From positions 2,912,001 through 2,976,000 of the forward strand of contig OY762007.1 of the NCBI GenBank assembly GCA_963665115.1: a DNA stretch of 64,000 bases, given 5' to 3'. Numbering within the stretch: the stretch's first letter is position 1; each line of letters begins with the position of its first letter. The position numbers and the translations under genes are program-made. Positions 31,670-41,932 of this stretch are shown here, in pieces. This stretch comes from an uncultured Rivularia sp. (GTDB lineage Bacteria > Cyanobacteriota > Cyanobacteriia > Cyanobacteriales > Nostocaceae). The notes under the pieces are model-generated. The model was not told the DNA's origin, did no database searches, and was given only the letters and a program-made list of their open reading frames with translations.

Positions 31670-31830
31670 TCTAAGCAATTGCTACTGATAAAAAAGTAGC
31701 TTCTGATTAGGTAAATGACAGGAAGTAGATGTCTATAATATTGGCATCTACTCCCATTCATTTACTCTTACAAACTATAGAGCACAAGTTTTAGCTTATT
31801 AAATAATTGATTCTATTAAAAGAAAAACAA

Positions 31831-32751
31831 ATGTATTTTTATAAAGCATACGGTCTTTTATTTCGCTGTAGCTTTGATTTACCAGAATTTATCACTACTG
31901 AAGAAGCAGAACCTGATGTTGTAATCACTCGGGGTAAGATAGAACATTCTTTTCCCGAGCATATACCCGCCCAAGGCTACTTTTATGCTACAGAAAATGA
32001 GGCATATTTTGCTTGGCAGACAATTGGAAAATTTTTAGTCAGAGATGGTAAAGAGATTATTATCGAATCTTTACAAACTGCTGAAGAAAGAATGATTCGT
32101 TTACCGCTTGTGGGAACTATTTCAGCGGTACTGCTTCATCAACGCGGGTTATTAGTTTTACACTCTAGCGCTGTGGCTATCGACGGAAAAGTAGTTTCTT
32201 TTGTTGGTGAAAAAGGGTGGGGTAAGTCAACAATGGCTGCAACCCTTTACGGAAGGGGACATATTCTTATGTCTGATGATGTAGTTGCTTTAGACATGAG
32301 TAACCCAACAAAACCTATGGTTATTCCTGGTTTCCCACAGTTCAAGCTATACCCTGAAGCCGCAGCTTTTTCTCTTGGAGATAACCCTGAAACGTTACCC
32401 ATAGTTGCTTCTGGCTATGACAAGCGGATTCGCCGCATTACTGAGAATTTCTCAGTACAATCTTTTCCTCTAACTCATATCTTTGTTTTAGGACAAGGTT
32501 CGGTACCAGAAATCAAGCCACTGTCAAATCAAGAGTCTTTAATACAATTAATTACTCATTCTTACGCAAGTAGATTTGGTCAGAAACTGTTAACTGGAAA
32601 CAGAGCGGCACAACATCTTCATAATTGTACGTCATTAATTAAAAATATATCTATTTATAGTTTAGAACGTCCCAAATCTTTGCCATTATTATCAGAAATA
32701 GCACAGTTAGTAGAGACGCAAACTCAAAAAATAGCTCAAATATTAGTGTAG
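31831..32751 (+). CDS. HPr-kinase-like lasso peptide kinase, copy 2
   Basis: LHSS, Walker A GEKGWGKST, MSDD. Confidence 0.85.
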   Translation: MYFYKAYGLLFRCSFDLPEFITTEEAEPDVVITRGKIEHSFPEHIPAQGYFYATENEAYFAWQTIGKFLVRDGKEIIIESLQTAEERMIRLPLVGTISAVLLHQRGLLVLHSSAVAIDGKVVSFVGEKGWGKSTMAATLYGRGHILMSDDVVALDMSNPTKPMVIPGFPQFKLYPEAAAFSLGDNPETLPIVASGYDKRIRRITENFSVQSFPLTHIFVLGQGSVPEIKPLSNQESLIQLITHSYASRFGQKLLTGNRAAQHLHNCTSLIKNISIYSLERPKSLPLLSEIAQLVETQTQKIAQILV

Positions 32752-32898
32752 TTATTAACTTGCCGATACAAAAATATAATCTGGCAAGTTAATTAGTTTT
32801 ATTACAAGTATAATCATAGAGTGCGGCTCAAAAGTTAAATTAATTACATGGAATTCCAAATAACATAATATAAATTTCAAAAACCAACAATTACACCC

Positions 32899-34029
32899 AT
32901 GAAAACTTTATCTAAACCCGATACTAAAAACCAGATAATCAATACTTGTCCCGAAATAGAACTACTTCTATCTTCCCTTAACCCCGATATTAATGATGCT
33001 GTAACAGAACGCATCAAAGCATTAGTTAAACAAAACATTGATTGGCAATACTTAACCCAAACAGCAGATAGACATGGGGTATTATCTCTACTATATTCTC
33101 GCATCAATAATATTTGCCCAGAAGCGGTACCAGAACTACTCTTAAATCAATGGCGCAACAGTTTTCAATACGTTGCACAACGCAACTTGTTTTTAACAGG
33201 TGAACTTGTCAATCTTCTGAAATTATTAAAAGAACAAAATATTGTAGCTTTACCTTATAAAGGACCTATTTTAGCGACTTTAGTTTACAAAAATGTGGCT
33301 CTGCGACGTTTCGGAGATTTAGATATTATCGTACAACAAAAAGATATCTTTGCAGTACGAGAACTATTAATAGCCCAGGGATATCGACTTTACAAAGAAA
33401 TGACTGATGCGGAGTTGGTAAAATACCTAAACTCTAAAACCGAGCATACTTATGATTTTATTCATGAAGATAAAAATGTCTTTTTAGAAATTCACTGGCG
33501 AATTGCACCGAAGTATATCACTCCTATCGAAGCGAAAGATTTGTGGCAAGATTTAGAATCTTTTTCTTTAGCTGGTACAACTATAAACAACTTACCTTTA
33601 GAAGATTGGCTACCAATTCTCTGCGTGCATGGTTCCAGACACGTATGGGAACGTTTATCATGGCTGTGCGACATCGCAACGTTGATTCATAAAAATCCAA
33701 ATATAAATTGGGAAAAAGTTGTCCAAAAGGCTAATCTGTGGGGTTGTCAGCGGATGCTATTTTTGGGACTTTATATGGCACATGATTTATTTGGTGTTAG
33801 CTTACCCACAGAAATTTGGCAGCAAATGAAAAAGGTTGAGCCTATATTAAGTGGTATTGCTCCCCAAGTATATAAGCAGCTTTTTGGCGAAGTTAGAACT
33901 TCTGATAAATTTATGGGAAGAACTCTTTATCACATTCAGGTAAGAGAACGTTTAAACCATAAAATTTTGTATATTCAATCTTTTATTTACTGGTTGGTTA
34001 AAGGTAAAAAGGAGATAGTTGATAAATAA
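32899..34029 (+). CDS. Nucleotidyltransferase family protein (PadeN/PsmN-like)
   Basis: PYKGP, RRFGDLDI, EIHW, HG..H.W.RL.WLCD; follows the lasso kinase. Confidence 0.85.
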   Translation: MKTLSKPDTKNQIINTCPEIELLLSSLNPDINDAVTERIKALVKQNIDWQYLTQTADRHGVLSLLYSRINNICPEAVPELLLNQWRNSFQYVAQRNLFLTGELVNLLKLLKEQNIVALPYKGPILATLVYKNVALRRFGDLDIIVQQKDIFAVRELLIAQGYRLYKEMTDAELVKYLNSKTEHTYDFIHEDKNVFLEIHWRIAPKYITPIEAKDLWQDLESFSLAGTTINNLPLEDWLPILCVHGSRHVWERLSWLCDIATLIHKNPNINWEKVVQKANLWGCQRMLFLGLYMAHDLFGVSLPTEIWQQMKKVEPILSGIAPQVYKQLFGEVRTSDKFMGRTLYHIQVRERLNHKILYIQSFIYWLVKGKKEIVDK

Positions 34030-34081
34030 TTATGAATATATTTTTAAATTAAATTCGTATTAATACTAAATATATATGAAC

Positions 34082-34126
34082 CCGTTAGTTAGATTGAAAT
34101 AAAAGCTCAACTAACGGTTTTTTTTT
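34082..34126 (+). terminator. Probable intrinsic terminator of the lasso operon
   Basis: CCGTTAGTT/AACTAACGG stem followed by T9. Confidence 0.65.
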
Positions 34127-34184
34127 GGGTTCTTGAAGAGTTCGCCTATCTCAAGAAAATGCTATAACTGTAAAGTCTTTTTTG

Positions 34185-35579
34185 TTAAACATCTGCATCT
34201 GTAGCTAAATATGCGGCAAGCAAATGCTCGCGCTTCGCAATTCGTCGCTCGTGCCATTGTAGACCTATAACAATCGCTATTACTATTGTTTGAGCGGGTT
34301 CTTCCATCTGAGTAATAATCCAACCATAGACAAACAGCGTCATCAGATTAAATCTAGAAAAGTCATCCTTAGCAATACGACTCCACACGATATAGCAAAG
34401 GTACAAATAAATCCCCAAGCCTAAAAGCCCTAAATCTCCCCAAATACCAGCCCAGCTAAACATAGGAATAAACAAAGAAGATTCCTGAACAAGCCAATCA
34501 TTTTGAAGTGCATTCCAAGTTTCGATGCTGGCTGGATGAATTGTAGCCCCTAAAGGAACCAGCATATTTTGATAATCTCGGAGTACCCATCCCCCGACTC
34601 GTCCTATAGTATGTCCCGGTCCAAGACCTAATAACCAATTTAAGGGAGACTTGTAATGCGAAAGAACAATGCGAATACCTGCAAATTTACTATTCACAGC
34701 CTGACCATCAGGACCGTAAAGATGAGTTCTTTCCGACCAATATTTAATAGCATCTAAACCTTCTATATTTAAGTTTTGCACTGCCCAAACAAAGATTCCT
34801 ACAACAAGAATAAAGCTGATAGCATAAGTTAGTGTTTTGCCTAAGTTATTGAATTTAGTAAATAATAAAAGTAACCAGGCTATAAAAAATGTTAAAATAA
34901 TTTGCTTTGAATCAGAAATCAAAACTTGATAAAATGCTGCTATTAACCAAAATATTCGTATCCATATAGGAGCAATTTTAGCATTAAGAAAATAGTACAA
35001 AGCAACAGCTAATGAAATAGAGCAAGATACATAATTACCTGCTCCTGATAAATAAAATACACCTTGAACAGCATCTTGAGGGGTATACGGTAATCGAGGA
35101 ATCATACCAGAATCTATCAAAGGCTTCTGAATAAAAGCAGTCAATAAGTTGATTACGCAGGCAACTAGCAACCAAGTCCTGATTTTTTGATAATTTTCTT
35201 TGGAGAGAGGTATACAAATTATTGCCAGTAGTACTATAAAGGGTTCGGCAAGTATCATGTAATCCAAAAATATATTAATCTCGCCAGCCTTATTTAATAA
35301 TGCGCTGGCTATCATAACTCCAAGTAAGAGGAGACAACCAGTCATAAGTTCCCATGAAATTGCTATTTGTGTTTTGTTGTTAGTACGGCTTTTTGAAATG
35401 GCAACAGCAAGAGTAAAGGGAGCTATTAAAAAGTGTAAAAAATTGATGGCAGATGGCGCACCTGCCGCTGCAATAATTCTTGGGAAAAAAGCAGCTATAA
35501 ATGTTATCAATATTAACGTTACGCTTGTAAGATATATTGGTTTTTTTTCTTTTATAACCTGTTGTTTTATCGAGTACAT
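34185..35579 (-). CDS. Multi-pass membrane protein, Wzy/ligase-like
   Basis: About 11-12 hydrophobic segments with a large loop containing GLGPG; last gene of the GT operon. Confidence 0.6.
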   Translation of the reverse strand: MYSIKQQVIKEKKPIYLTSVTLILITFIAAFFPRIIAAAGAPSAINFLHFLIAPFTLAVAISKSRTNNKTQIAISWELMTGCLLLLGVMIASALLNKAGEINIFLDYMILAEPFIVLLAIICIPLSKENYQKIRTWLLVACVINLLTAFIQKPLIDSGMIPRLPYTPQDAVQGVFYLSGAGNYVSCSISLAVALYYFLNAKIAPIWIRIFWLIAAFYQVLISDSKQIILTFFIAWLLLLFTKFNNLGKTLTYAISFILVVGIFVWAVQNLNIEGLDAIKYWSERTHLYGPDGQAVNSKFAGIRIVLSHYKSPLNWLLGLGPGHTIGRVGGWVLRDYQNMLVPLGATIHPASIETWNALQNDWLVQESSLFIPMFSWAGIWGDLGLLGLGIYLYLCYIVWSRIAKDDFSRFNLMTLFVYGWIITQMEEPAQTIVIAIVIGLQWHERRIAKREHLLAAYLATDADV

Positions 35580-35767
35580 TTAATTTATCGTTTTAGTTAC
35601 AGGGTGGTTTCAACAATTTAGATGTATGACTTACGTAAAGCCTCACTTTATAAGGGGGATTCGCGGGATCAGAATTTGTGGAACACTAGTTTTATCGTTC
35701 AGATTGCGAAAATCCTAAGATGGTTAGTTACAAATCATTTTAAACTTCAATTAGACGGTAAAGCCTT

Positions 35768-36886
35768 TTATTTTAAAGCAGAATACAAATTTAGATATTG
35801 AAACGCTACTTTTTCTTTAGAAAAGCGATAATCTGGAGAAGTTTTCTCTAAATCAGTCTGGATAATATTGTGAATAGCTTCTGTTAAATTTTTGACAGGT
35901 TCGCTTTCTAAATTAAAATAAGTGCAGTTTAAATTACCAATTTCTTTAAAGATTGGAATATCAGAACAGACCACTTTACAGCCAAGATAAAGTGCTTCAG
36001 CCAGTGGCAAGCAAAAACCTTCAGTGGAAGAAGGGATTACCAGAAGTTTACAGTTTTTATATAGCCAGCATAATTCTTCGTCATCTATCGATGAAAGCAT
36101 ATGTACGCTGTCTTTTAAAGAAAGGGTGTCGATCAAATTACAAAGATTTTCTGTCTCCGGTCCGGGACTTCCAACTAAAACAAGTTTTATTGATTGTAAG
36201 TAATTATTTTTTAATAATAGAGAATATGATTGTATTAAAATATTTAAATTTTTATTTTTACGATGCTGGGCTACAGCAAGTAAGAAAGGAGTATTAATAG
36301 AATAACTTATATTTTGAGGAACTCTGGGTTCTACATTACTAAAATCCACATAATTGTAAACTACAGCAGTTTTTTTATGTTTATCAACATAAGGAAAAAA
36401 CTTTGTAAGTGATTCTGAAGTCTGATGAGAAACACATGAAAGCCCATCACTATTTTGAATACACTGCTTTAAAAATAATTGATTGAACAAAACATTTGGA
36501 TAACCAAAGTTTTCTGGAAATTCATAAGGATACAAGTCATGAATAGTGGTAACAACAGGACAAGAACAAAGTGAGCGAATAAATGGTAATGGAAAAGAAT
36601 GATGAATAATATCCGATTTTAGTTGTTTGGCAAGTTTTGCTAAACCATACATAAACCAAGCATTTCGAGAAAACGAGCTATTTTTGATGTCTATATAAAC
36701 TATTTTTATTTTTTTAGAAGACAGATTGAATGATGTTTGAAAATAATCTTTTTGCCATACTCCTATTACCAAAGTAACTCGATTAACTTGTTCAGTATCA
36801 GCAAGACATTCCGCCAGATTAGCAGCATGTCTACAAACTCCAGTAGGTTTAGTCGGTCTGTGTAAAGCAGCAATCAATATATGCAT
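35768..36886 (-). CDS. GT4 glycosyltransferase
   Basis: TIHDL, RKN, PSSTEGFCLPLAEA, SDIP.F.E. Confidence 0.9.
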   Translation of the reverse strand: MHILIAALHRPTKPTGVCRHAANLAECLADTEQVNRVTLVIGVWQKDYFQTSFNLSSKKIKIVYIDIKNSSFSRNAWFMYGLAKLAKQLKSDIIHHSFPLPFIRSLCSCPVVTTIHDLYPYEFPENFGYPNVLFNQLFLKQCIQNSDGLSCVSHQTSESLTKFFPYVDKHKKTAVVYNYVDFSNVEPRVPQNISYSINTPFLLAVAQHRKNKNLNILIQSYSLLLKNNYLQSIKLVLVGSPGPETENLCNLIDTLSLKDSVHMLSSIDDEELCWLYKNCKLLVIPSSTEGFCLPLAEALYLGCKVVCSDIPIFKEIGNLNCTYFNLESEPVKNLTEAIHNIIQTDLEKTSPDYRFSKEKVAFQYLNLYSALK

Positions 36887-36941
36887 AAGAGCTTATGAAC
36901 TATAAAATTAGAATATAAATTGGGATCTACAAAAGCGATCG

Positions 36942-38198
36942 CTATCTTAAAGCAGTTACTATATTTTTCTCTTTCCGGAGGACAATATCGGAATATAACA
37001 CAGCCAAACGTTCACCTCTATGTTCCCAAGTAAAAGCCTCTGTGGTTAACTTCTGTCCTACTTTCCCCATCCGCAACCGCAATTCAGAATTATTAGCAAG
37101 AGTCACTATTACCTTAGATAAGTCATTAACTGCTTGCTCTGGATCGATTGCAGGCACCTTAAAACCAGTTTCTTCAGTTACTAGTAAAGCAGGTCCTCCT
37201 AAATCTAGGCAAATGACCGGACGACCTGCTGCCATTGCTTCCATACATACCAATCCGCCAGAGTCATGTAAGCTAGGATGAACCAGTGTATGACATTCCC
37301 CTAACTTTGCTAAAGTCTCTTCACGAGGTAGCTCACCCCAGAATTTTACTTGTTGAGCAATTCCCAATTCTTGAGCTAGCATTTGTAGGCGATCGCGTTC
37401 GGGACCGTCTCCTAAAATCCAGTATTCGGCATTCGGTAAGTTTGCTAAAGCAAAGGCTTTGATCCCCAGATGAAAGCCTTTCCAATGCAGTAATCTGCCG
37501 ATACTGATAAATCTCAGTGATGAGGGATCGGGCATCTCGTACTTAGCAAGATCGGCTATTTCCGCGTGTGTTAGTCCGATTGCAGGCATAATTTGCACAT
37601 CACCTACTCCCATTCGGTAAATTCGCTTAGCTGTATCTTCAGTAGTGGCACCAATTACAGCGCTTTTTTTTGCAGTCAAATGTACGAAGGGGTCAAGTTC
37701 TCCTAATGAGCGAGTCAAGCTCCTGGCAATTTCATAAACTTTGGCACGTAAACTAAAATCTTTCCAAAAAGCTTTTGGGGCTGTTTCGCCTCCCCCAACT
37801 GGTCCCCAAATAAACGGAACATTCAGCAGTGATAAAAAGCTAGGATTTGAATATTTTACAAATGTGACATGATGCATGGCATCAAAGCCAATTTCGCGGT
37901 GTAGGCGACGAGCAACAAAGTATGCTTGAATCTGCCACAAATAGTAGTGAATTTGCATCGCACCGCTCGACCCCCAACGCCAAAGGTCACTTAATATAGG
38001 TATATTAAAATATATAAAATGCATATTAGGGACTGGATTTTGAGCTAACTCAGCTTCAATCACTTCTCCACTTTCTTCAAAGCGAGTCAAAATCCAGACT
38101 TCGTGATGATTGGCAACTTCGCGAGCGACATTCCAACCGACACCACGTTCGGAACCTTTACCTGGTTCGCACGAGTAGGCAGATATTAGAATTTTCAT
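36942..38198 (-). CDS. GT4 glycosyltransferase
   Basis: SAYSCEPG.GSE, GRL..WKG, PSLHDSGGLVCMEAMAAGRP. Confidence 0.9.
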   Translation of the reverse strand: MKILISAYSCEPGKGSERGVGWNVAREVANHHEVWILTRFEESGEVIEAELAQNPVPNMHFIYFNIPILSDLWRWGSSGAMQIHYYLWQIQAYFVARRLHREIGFDAMHHVTFVKYSNPSFLSLLNVPFIWGPVGGGETAPKAFWKDFSLRAKVYEIARSLTRSLGELDPFVHLTAKKSAVIGATTEDTAKRIYRMGVGDVQIMPAIGLTHAEIADLAKYEMPDPSSLRFISIGRLLHWKGFHLGIKAFALANLPNAEYWILGDGPERDRLQMLAQELGIAQQVKFWGELPREETLAKLGECHTLVHPSLHDSGGLVCMEAMAAGRPVICLDLGGPALLVTEETGFKVPAIDPEQAVNDLSKVIVTLANNSELRLRMGKVGQKLTTEAFTWEHRGERLAVLYSDIVLRKEKNIVTALR

Positions 38199-38265
38199 GT
38201 TTATAGCACCTCCTTATAATTTAGATCGCTTTTGGATAAATAAGAACAAATAAGAATTGATATAA

Positions 38266-39396
38266 CTATTTTGATACAGCTAATTCTTTTTTAAATACTA
38301 ATTTTTCATAAATTTGGGCGATTTGTTCTGCTGTTTCTTCCCAAGTAAACAATTTAGCTCTTGCTATTCCTTTTTTCACTGATTCCTGATAGTAATCTGG
38401 ATTATTGTGAAGATGGCTTACTGCATCTGCTATTGCTTGAACGTCCGTTGGTTCAACTAAAATTCCGGCATCTGCTACCACTTCGGGCATTGCTGATACT
38501 TTTGAACTGATAACTGGAGTACCGCAAGCCATTGCTTCTAAAAGAGTAATCCCAAATCCTTCATGTAAAGAAGGTGCTATCAGTATATCGGCAGCATTGT
38601 AAATTTCTCGCAAATCTTCTTTATTTGGTTTGCCTAAATAACTGATATAACTTTCTAATTCTTCAGCCTGAATATAAGCTTTTTGTTCTTCTGTAAAATC
38701 TGTACCAGCTTTCAAAAAATGAAAATATAATTTATTTTGCTTGAGAATATTTATTGCTTTTAATATATTAGTAATATTTTTTCGAGGATGATTGGAACCT
38801 ACATTTAGTAAGCACAAAGTTTCCGATCCTATACCTTGTTGTTCTCGAAATGATTCGGCTTGTGCTTTTGGTAATGGGTTAAAAATCTTATCAACAGCGT
38901 TGGGAATTACAGAAATATTTGATGGTTGAATATCTAATATTTCAGTTGTATCCTTAGCTGTCATCGAAGAAACAGCAACAATACTATCTGCTCTCTTCAT
39001 ACCTTTAATAGCATATAACCACATAAAACGACTGATAAAAGGTAATTCTACGGAATTCTTTAGATTATCTTTGTAATAATAATTAACCAGATCGTGACAG
39101 GTAACGACAACAGATTTATTTTTATTTTTTAACCAATAAGTAATATGTGCTTCGCTTGGATCTATGATATGAAAAATATCCGCTGTTTGCTGCGTTACCT
39201 GTTGCGGAAAACGCCAAAAACGTTCGTAGTATTTTTTTGCTCTTAGATATAAAGAACTACTTCTTCTATCAATAGCTTGTGGCTTAATATCTACTATTTC
39301 CCAGTTTGGACGCACCGCTCGAAATCCTGAAATGATGCCATTGGTATAAACATCCATACTAAATTCAGGCATCATTCGCACAATTGCTATACGCAT
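38266..39396 (-). CDS. GT4 glycosyltransferase
   Basis: TCHDL, PRKN, PSLHEGFGITLLEAMACGTP. Confidence 0.9.
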   Translation of the reverse strand: MRIAIVRMMPEFSMDVYTNGIISGFRAVRPNWEIVDIKPQAIDRRSSSLYLRAKKYYERFWRFPQQVTQQTADIFHIIDPSEAHITYWLKNKNKSVVVTCHDLVNYYYKDNLKNSVELPFISRFMWLYAIKGMKRADSIVAVSSMTAKDTTEILDIQPSNISVIPNAVDKIFNPLPKAQAESFREQQGIGSETLCLLNVGSNHPRKNITNILKAINILKQNKLYFHFLKAGTDFTEEQKAYIQAEELESYISYLGKPNKEDLREIYNAADILIAPSLHEGFGITLLEAMACGTPVISSKVSAMPEVVADAGILVEPTDVQAIADAVSHLHNNPDYYQESVKKGIARAKLFTWEETAEQIAQIYEKLVFKKELAVSK

Positions 39397-39580
39397 TACT
39401 AACCTCTAACCCTCAAAACAAAATATTATTTGCATTTATTTAAAAGCACTATTCTAAGTCCTACGCAAAATTAATTGTGTATTGTCATTGCCAGGAACGA
39501 AGCATATGTCCTATCGGACACGCTCCGCTAACGCAGGGACTTGAAGTTTTCAGAATGTTAAATTAATTTTGCACGAGTAC

Positions 39581-40759
39581 TTATATAAGCTTTTCCTGTG
39601 TCATTGTATAAGCTTCACCCTGTGGTTCAATTAATTTTTGCCACAAATTAATCAACCGCTCGGCAATCTTTTCGTGAGTGTAATGCCGATAAACTCTATC
39701 CATGCCGTAACTTCCTGCTTCTTCTCGCCACTGTGGCTCGCGAATCATTTTTTCTAAAATTGCCGCTAGTTCCGCAGCATTATCTTCAGTAAATACCAAG
39801 TCAGATCGTCCAATTACATTGGGAATTTCACCAGAACTTGAACCAACCACCGGCACACCCATTGCCATTGCTTCAATTAGCACATGACCAAATTGTTCTT
39901 TCCAACTTGCAGTAGTTCGTGAAGGTAAGACCAACACATCAAATTTACTGATTTCTTCAGCGGCTCGATCGTGAGGAACTGCACCCCGCCAAGTTACAAG
40001 TTCGGCAATCTGTTGCTTTTGGGCTTCCTCTCTTAGATCTGCTTCATCATTACCAGAACCGCAAAGTATAATCCGGAACTTTAATCCTCGTTTTTTTAAT
40101 TGACGTGCAGCAGCAAATATCAGGTCAATACCCTTTTGATGTGCCAATCTTCCCAAAAAGCCGATTTGTAGTTCATCGCTTTCGTGTTGCGATCGCATAT
40201 CCGCACTAAACAACTGCGTATCAACTCCTAACTGAGGCATAACTTCTATTAATCCGCTATAACCCCACCCGCGCAATAAATCCGCGCCGTCTTGATTGCC
40301 CGCAACAATCAACTTTGCGGTATCTAAAACGAATTTGCGAACCCAGTGACGCGGTAAAGGTAAACCACGCTCCTGGTTTTCCCATCCAAAAAGAACTAAA
40401 GGTTTACCAGTTACATGGCTGTAAATTGCAAACTCCAAAGCACAAAGCGAAAAAACTTCCAGTTCCACGTGTAATACATCTGGCTGAAAGTCTTTGATTA
40501 CCTGTTGGATTTTCCCAGGTGCAAAAATATAAGCGCCTCCTTTCCCAGGAAATGATACGGGGGCGCTATAGTATTTGATATTCTCGTAGGGTGTTTCTAG
40601 TGGCATCTGACGATTCCACTCCGCTGCTTTCCAATTGCTCGGAGCTAACAAACCAACTTCGGCTGAGCCAGTTTTGGCGATCGCGTCAAGTTTTCCTTGA
40701 TTAACTCCGACTACATAGGCATGACTAACAAAAAGTACACGTAAGGGTAATGTTGTCAT
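39581..40759 (-). CDS. GT4 glycosyltransferase
   Basis: GRL..QKG, PSRTT..WKEQFGHVLIEAMA.G.PV. Confidence 0.9.
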   Translation of the reverse strand: MTTLPLRVLFVSHAYVVGVNQGKLDAIAKTGSAEVGLLAPSNWKAAEWNRQMPLETPYENIKYYSAPVSFPGKGGAYIFAPGKIQQVIKDFQPDVLHVELEVFSLCALEFAIYSHVTGKPLVLFGWENQERGLPLPRHWVRKFVLDTAKLIVAGNQDGADLLRGWGYSGLIEVMPQLGVDTQLFSADMRSQHESDELQIGFLGRLAHQKGIDLIFAAARQLKKRGLKFRIILCGSGNDEADLREEAQKQQIAELVTWRGAVPHDRAAEEISKFDVLVLPSRTTASWKEQFGHVLIEAMAMGVPVVGSSSGEIPNVIGRSDLVFTEDNAAELAAILEKMIREPQWREEAGSYGMDRVYRHYTHEKIAERLINLWQKLIEPQGEAYTMTQEKLI

Positions 40760-40798
40760 ATAAATACTTAAATTGAGCATACTAAGAAATAACAAAAA

Positions 40799-41884
40799 TC
40801 ACTGTGACTGAAGTGACCATTTGACAAAGCGCTTTAGTTTACTCGAACCATAGACAAGATCGAAGCAGACTTTAAAAAGTTGGTCTGGGAGATATTTACC
40901 CCATCGGAATAATAACTTCTGAGACAAGCCCCATTTACTAAATTCTGGGTGAGTCAAAAGCTGCCGATCTATCTGTTTACGTTCCACCTGGGATAAACCT
41001 TTAAAGCGAGCAAGCAAATAGCGATCGTGACAAACTGCGGCACTATGATGTAAATCTGTTAGGCTTTGTGCAATTTTAGATCCATAAACTCTACTAAGAA
41101 AAAGTTTTTGTTCTTGATATACTCTTTCTAAGGTAAGTTGCTCTTTTTCTAAAAATTCTGGTGTCAAAGTTGCTTGACTGGTAGTATTAGATCCATGCAA
41201 GCGAAACTTACTTAGGGCTTCGAGTGAAGATCCAATTACCGTGATAAATGGAGCAAAGCGGAAAATAAGGCTATCTGCATTCCGTACAAATGCTTCATTT
41301 AAAGGATAAATATATTCAGCAACTTCCCGTCTAATACTTAGCGCAGAAGCTGGGGGTATATTGTAGACAAATCCACCATTTTGTAAGGCGAATTCTCCCA
41401 TCCAATCGGAAGCTAAACGCTTGAACATGGAAGTCGATTTGAGTAAATTCCCTTCACCATCAATTTGAATTACATTGTGAATTACAAAGCCATTTTTAGG
41501 ATCGGATTTAAACAACTTCACAACTTTTTCTAGCTTTGTATTTAACCAAATATCATCTGCATCAAGCAAACAAATTATTTCACCCTTGCTTTCACGATAG
41601 GTAGTATTTAATGCGGTAGCTACACCACCATTTTCTTTGCTAATTAGCTTAATTCTAGAATCTTTTTGGACATAGGTTTCAATGATTTCACAAGAGTTAT
41701 CCTTAGAGCCATCATCGCAAACAATAACTTCAAAATTTTGATACGTTTGACTCAGAACACTATCTAAAGTTTCACTGATATATCGGGCATAATTGTAATT
41801 AGCTACCAATACCGAAACTAAAGGATTTTCGGGAAGTGGGGGAAGTGCGATCGGTTGTAATTTATCGGTTTGAACTTGCTGCAT
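40799..41884 (-). CDS. GT2 glycosyltransferase
   Basis: VSVLVANYNY, DDGSKD, LDADD. Confidence 0.9.
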   Translation of the reverse strand: MQQVQTDKLQPIALPPLPENPLVSVLVANYNYARYISETLDSVLSQTYQNFEVIVCDDGSKDNSCEIIETYVQKDSRIKLISKENGGVATALNTTYRESKGEIICLLDADDIWLNTKLEKVVKLFKSDPKNGFVIHNVIQIDGEGNLLKSTSMFKRLASDWMGEFALQNGGFVYNIPPASALSIRREVAEYIYPLNEAFVRNADSLIFRFAPFITVIGSSLEALSKFRLHGSNTTSQATLTPEFLEKEQLTLERVYQEQKLFLSRVYGSKIAQSLTDLHHSAAVCHDRYLLARFKGLSQVERKQIDRQLLTHPEFSKWGLSQKLLFRWGKYLPDQLFKVCFDLVYGSSKLKRFVKWSLQSQ

Positions 41885-41932
41885 AAATCTATCTCTATAT
41901 TTGAATTGCTTGTTGATATATTGTGCAAAATA

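Noticed and set aside
20588..34029. Lasso cluster as a tRNA-integrated genomic island
   Set aside because: The cluster lies on the 5' side of tRNA-Gln; no integrase, transposase or duplicated tRNA 3' end was seen
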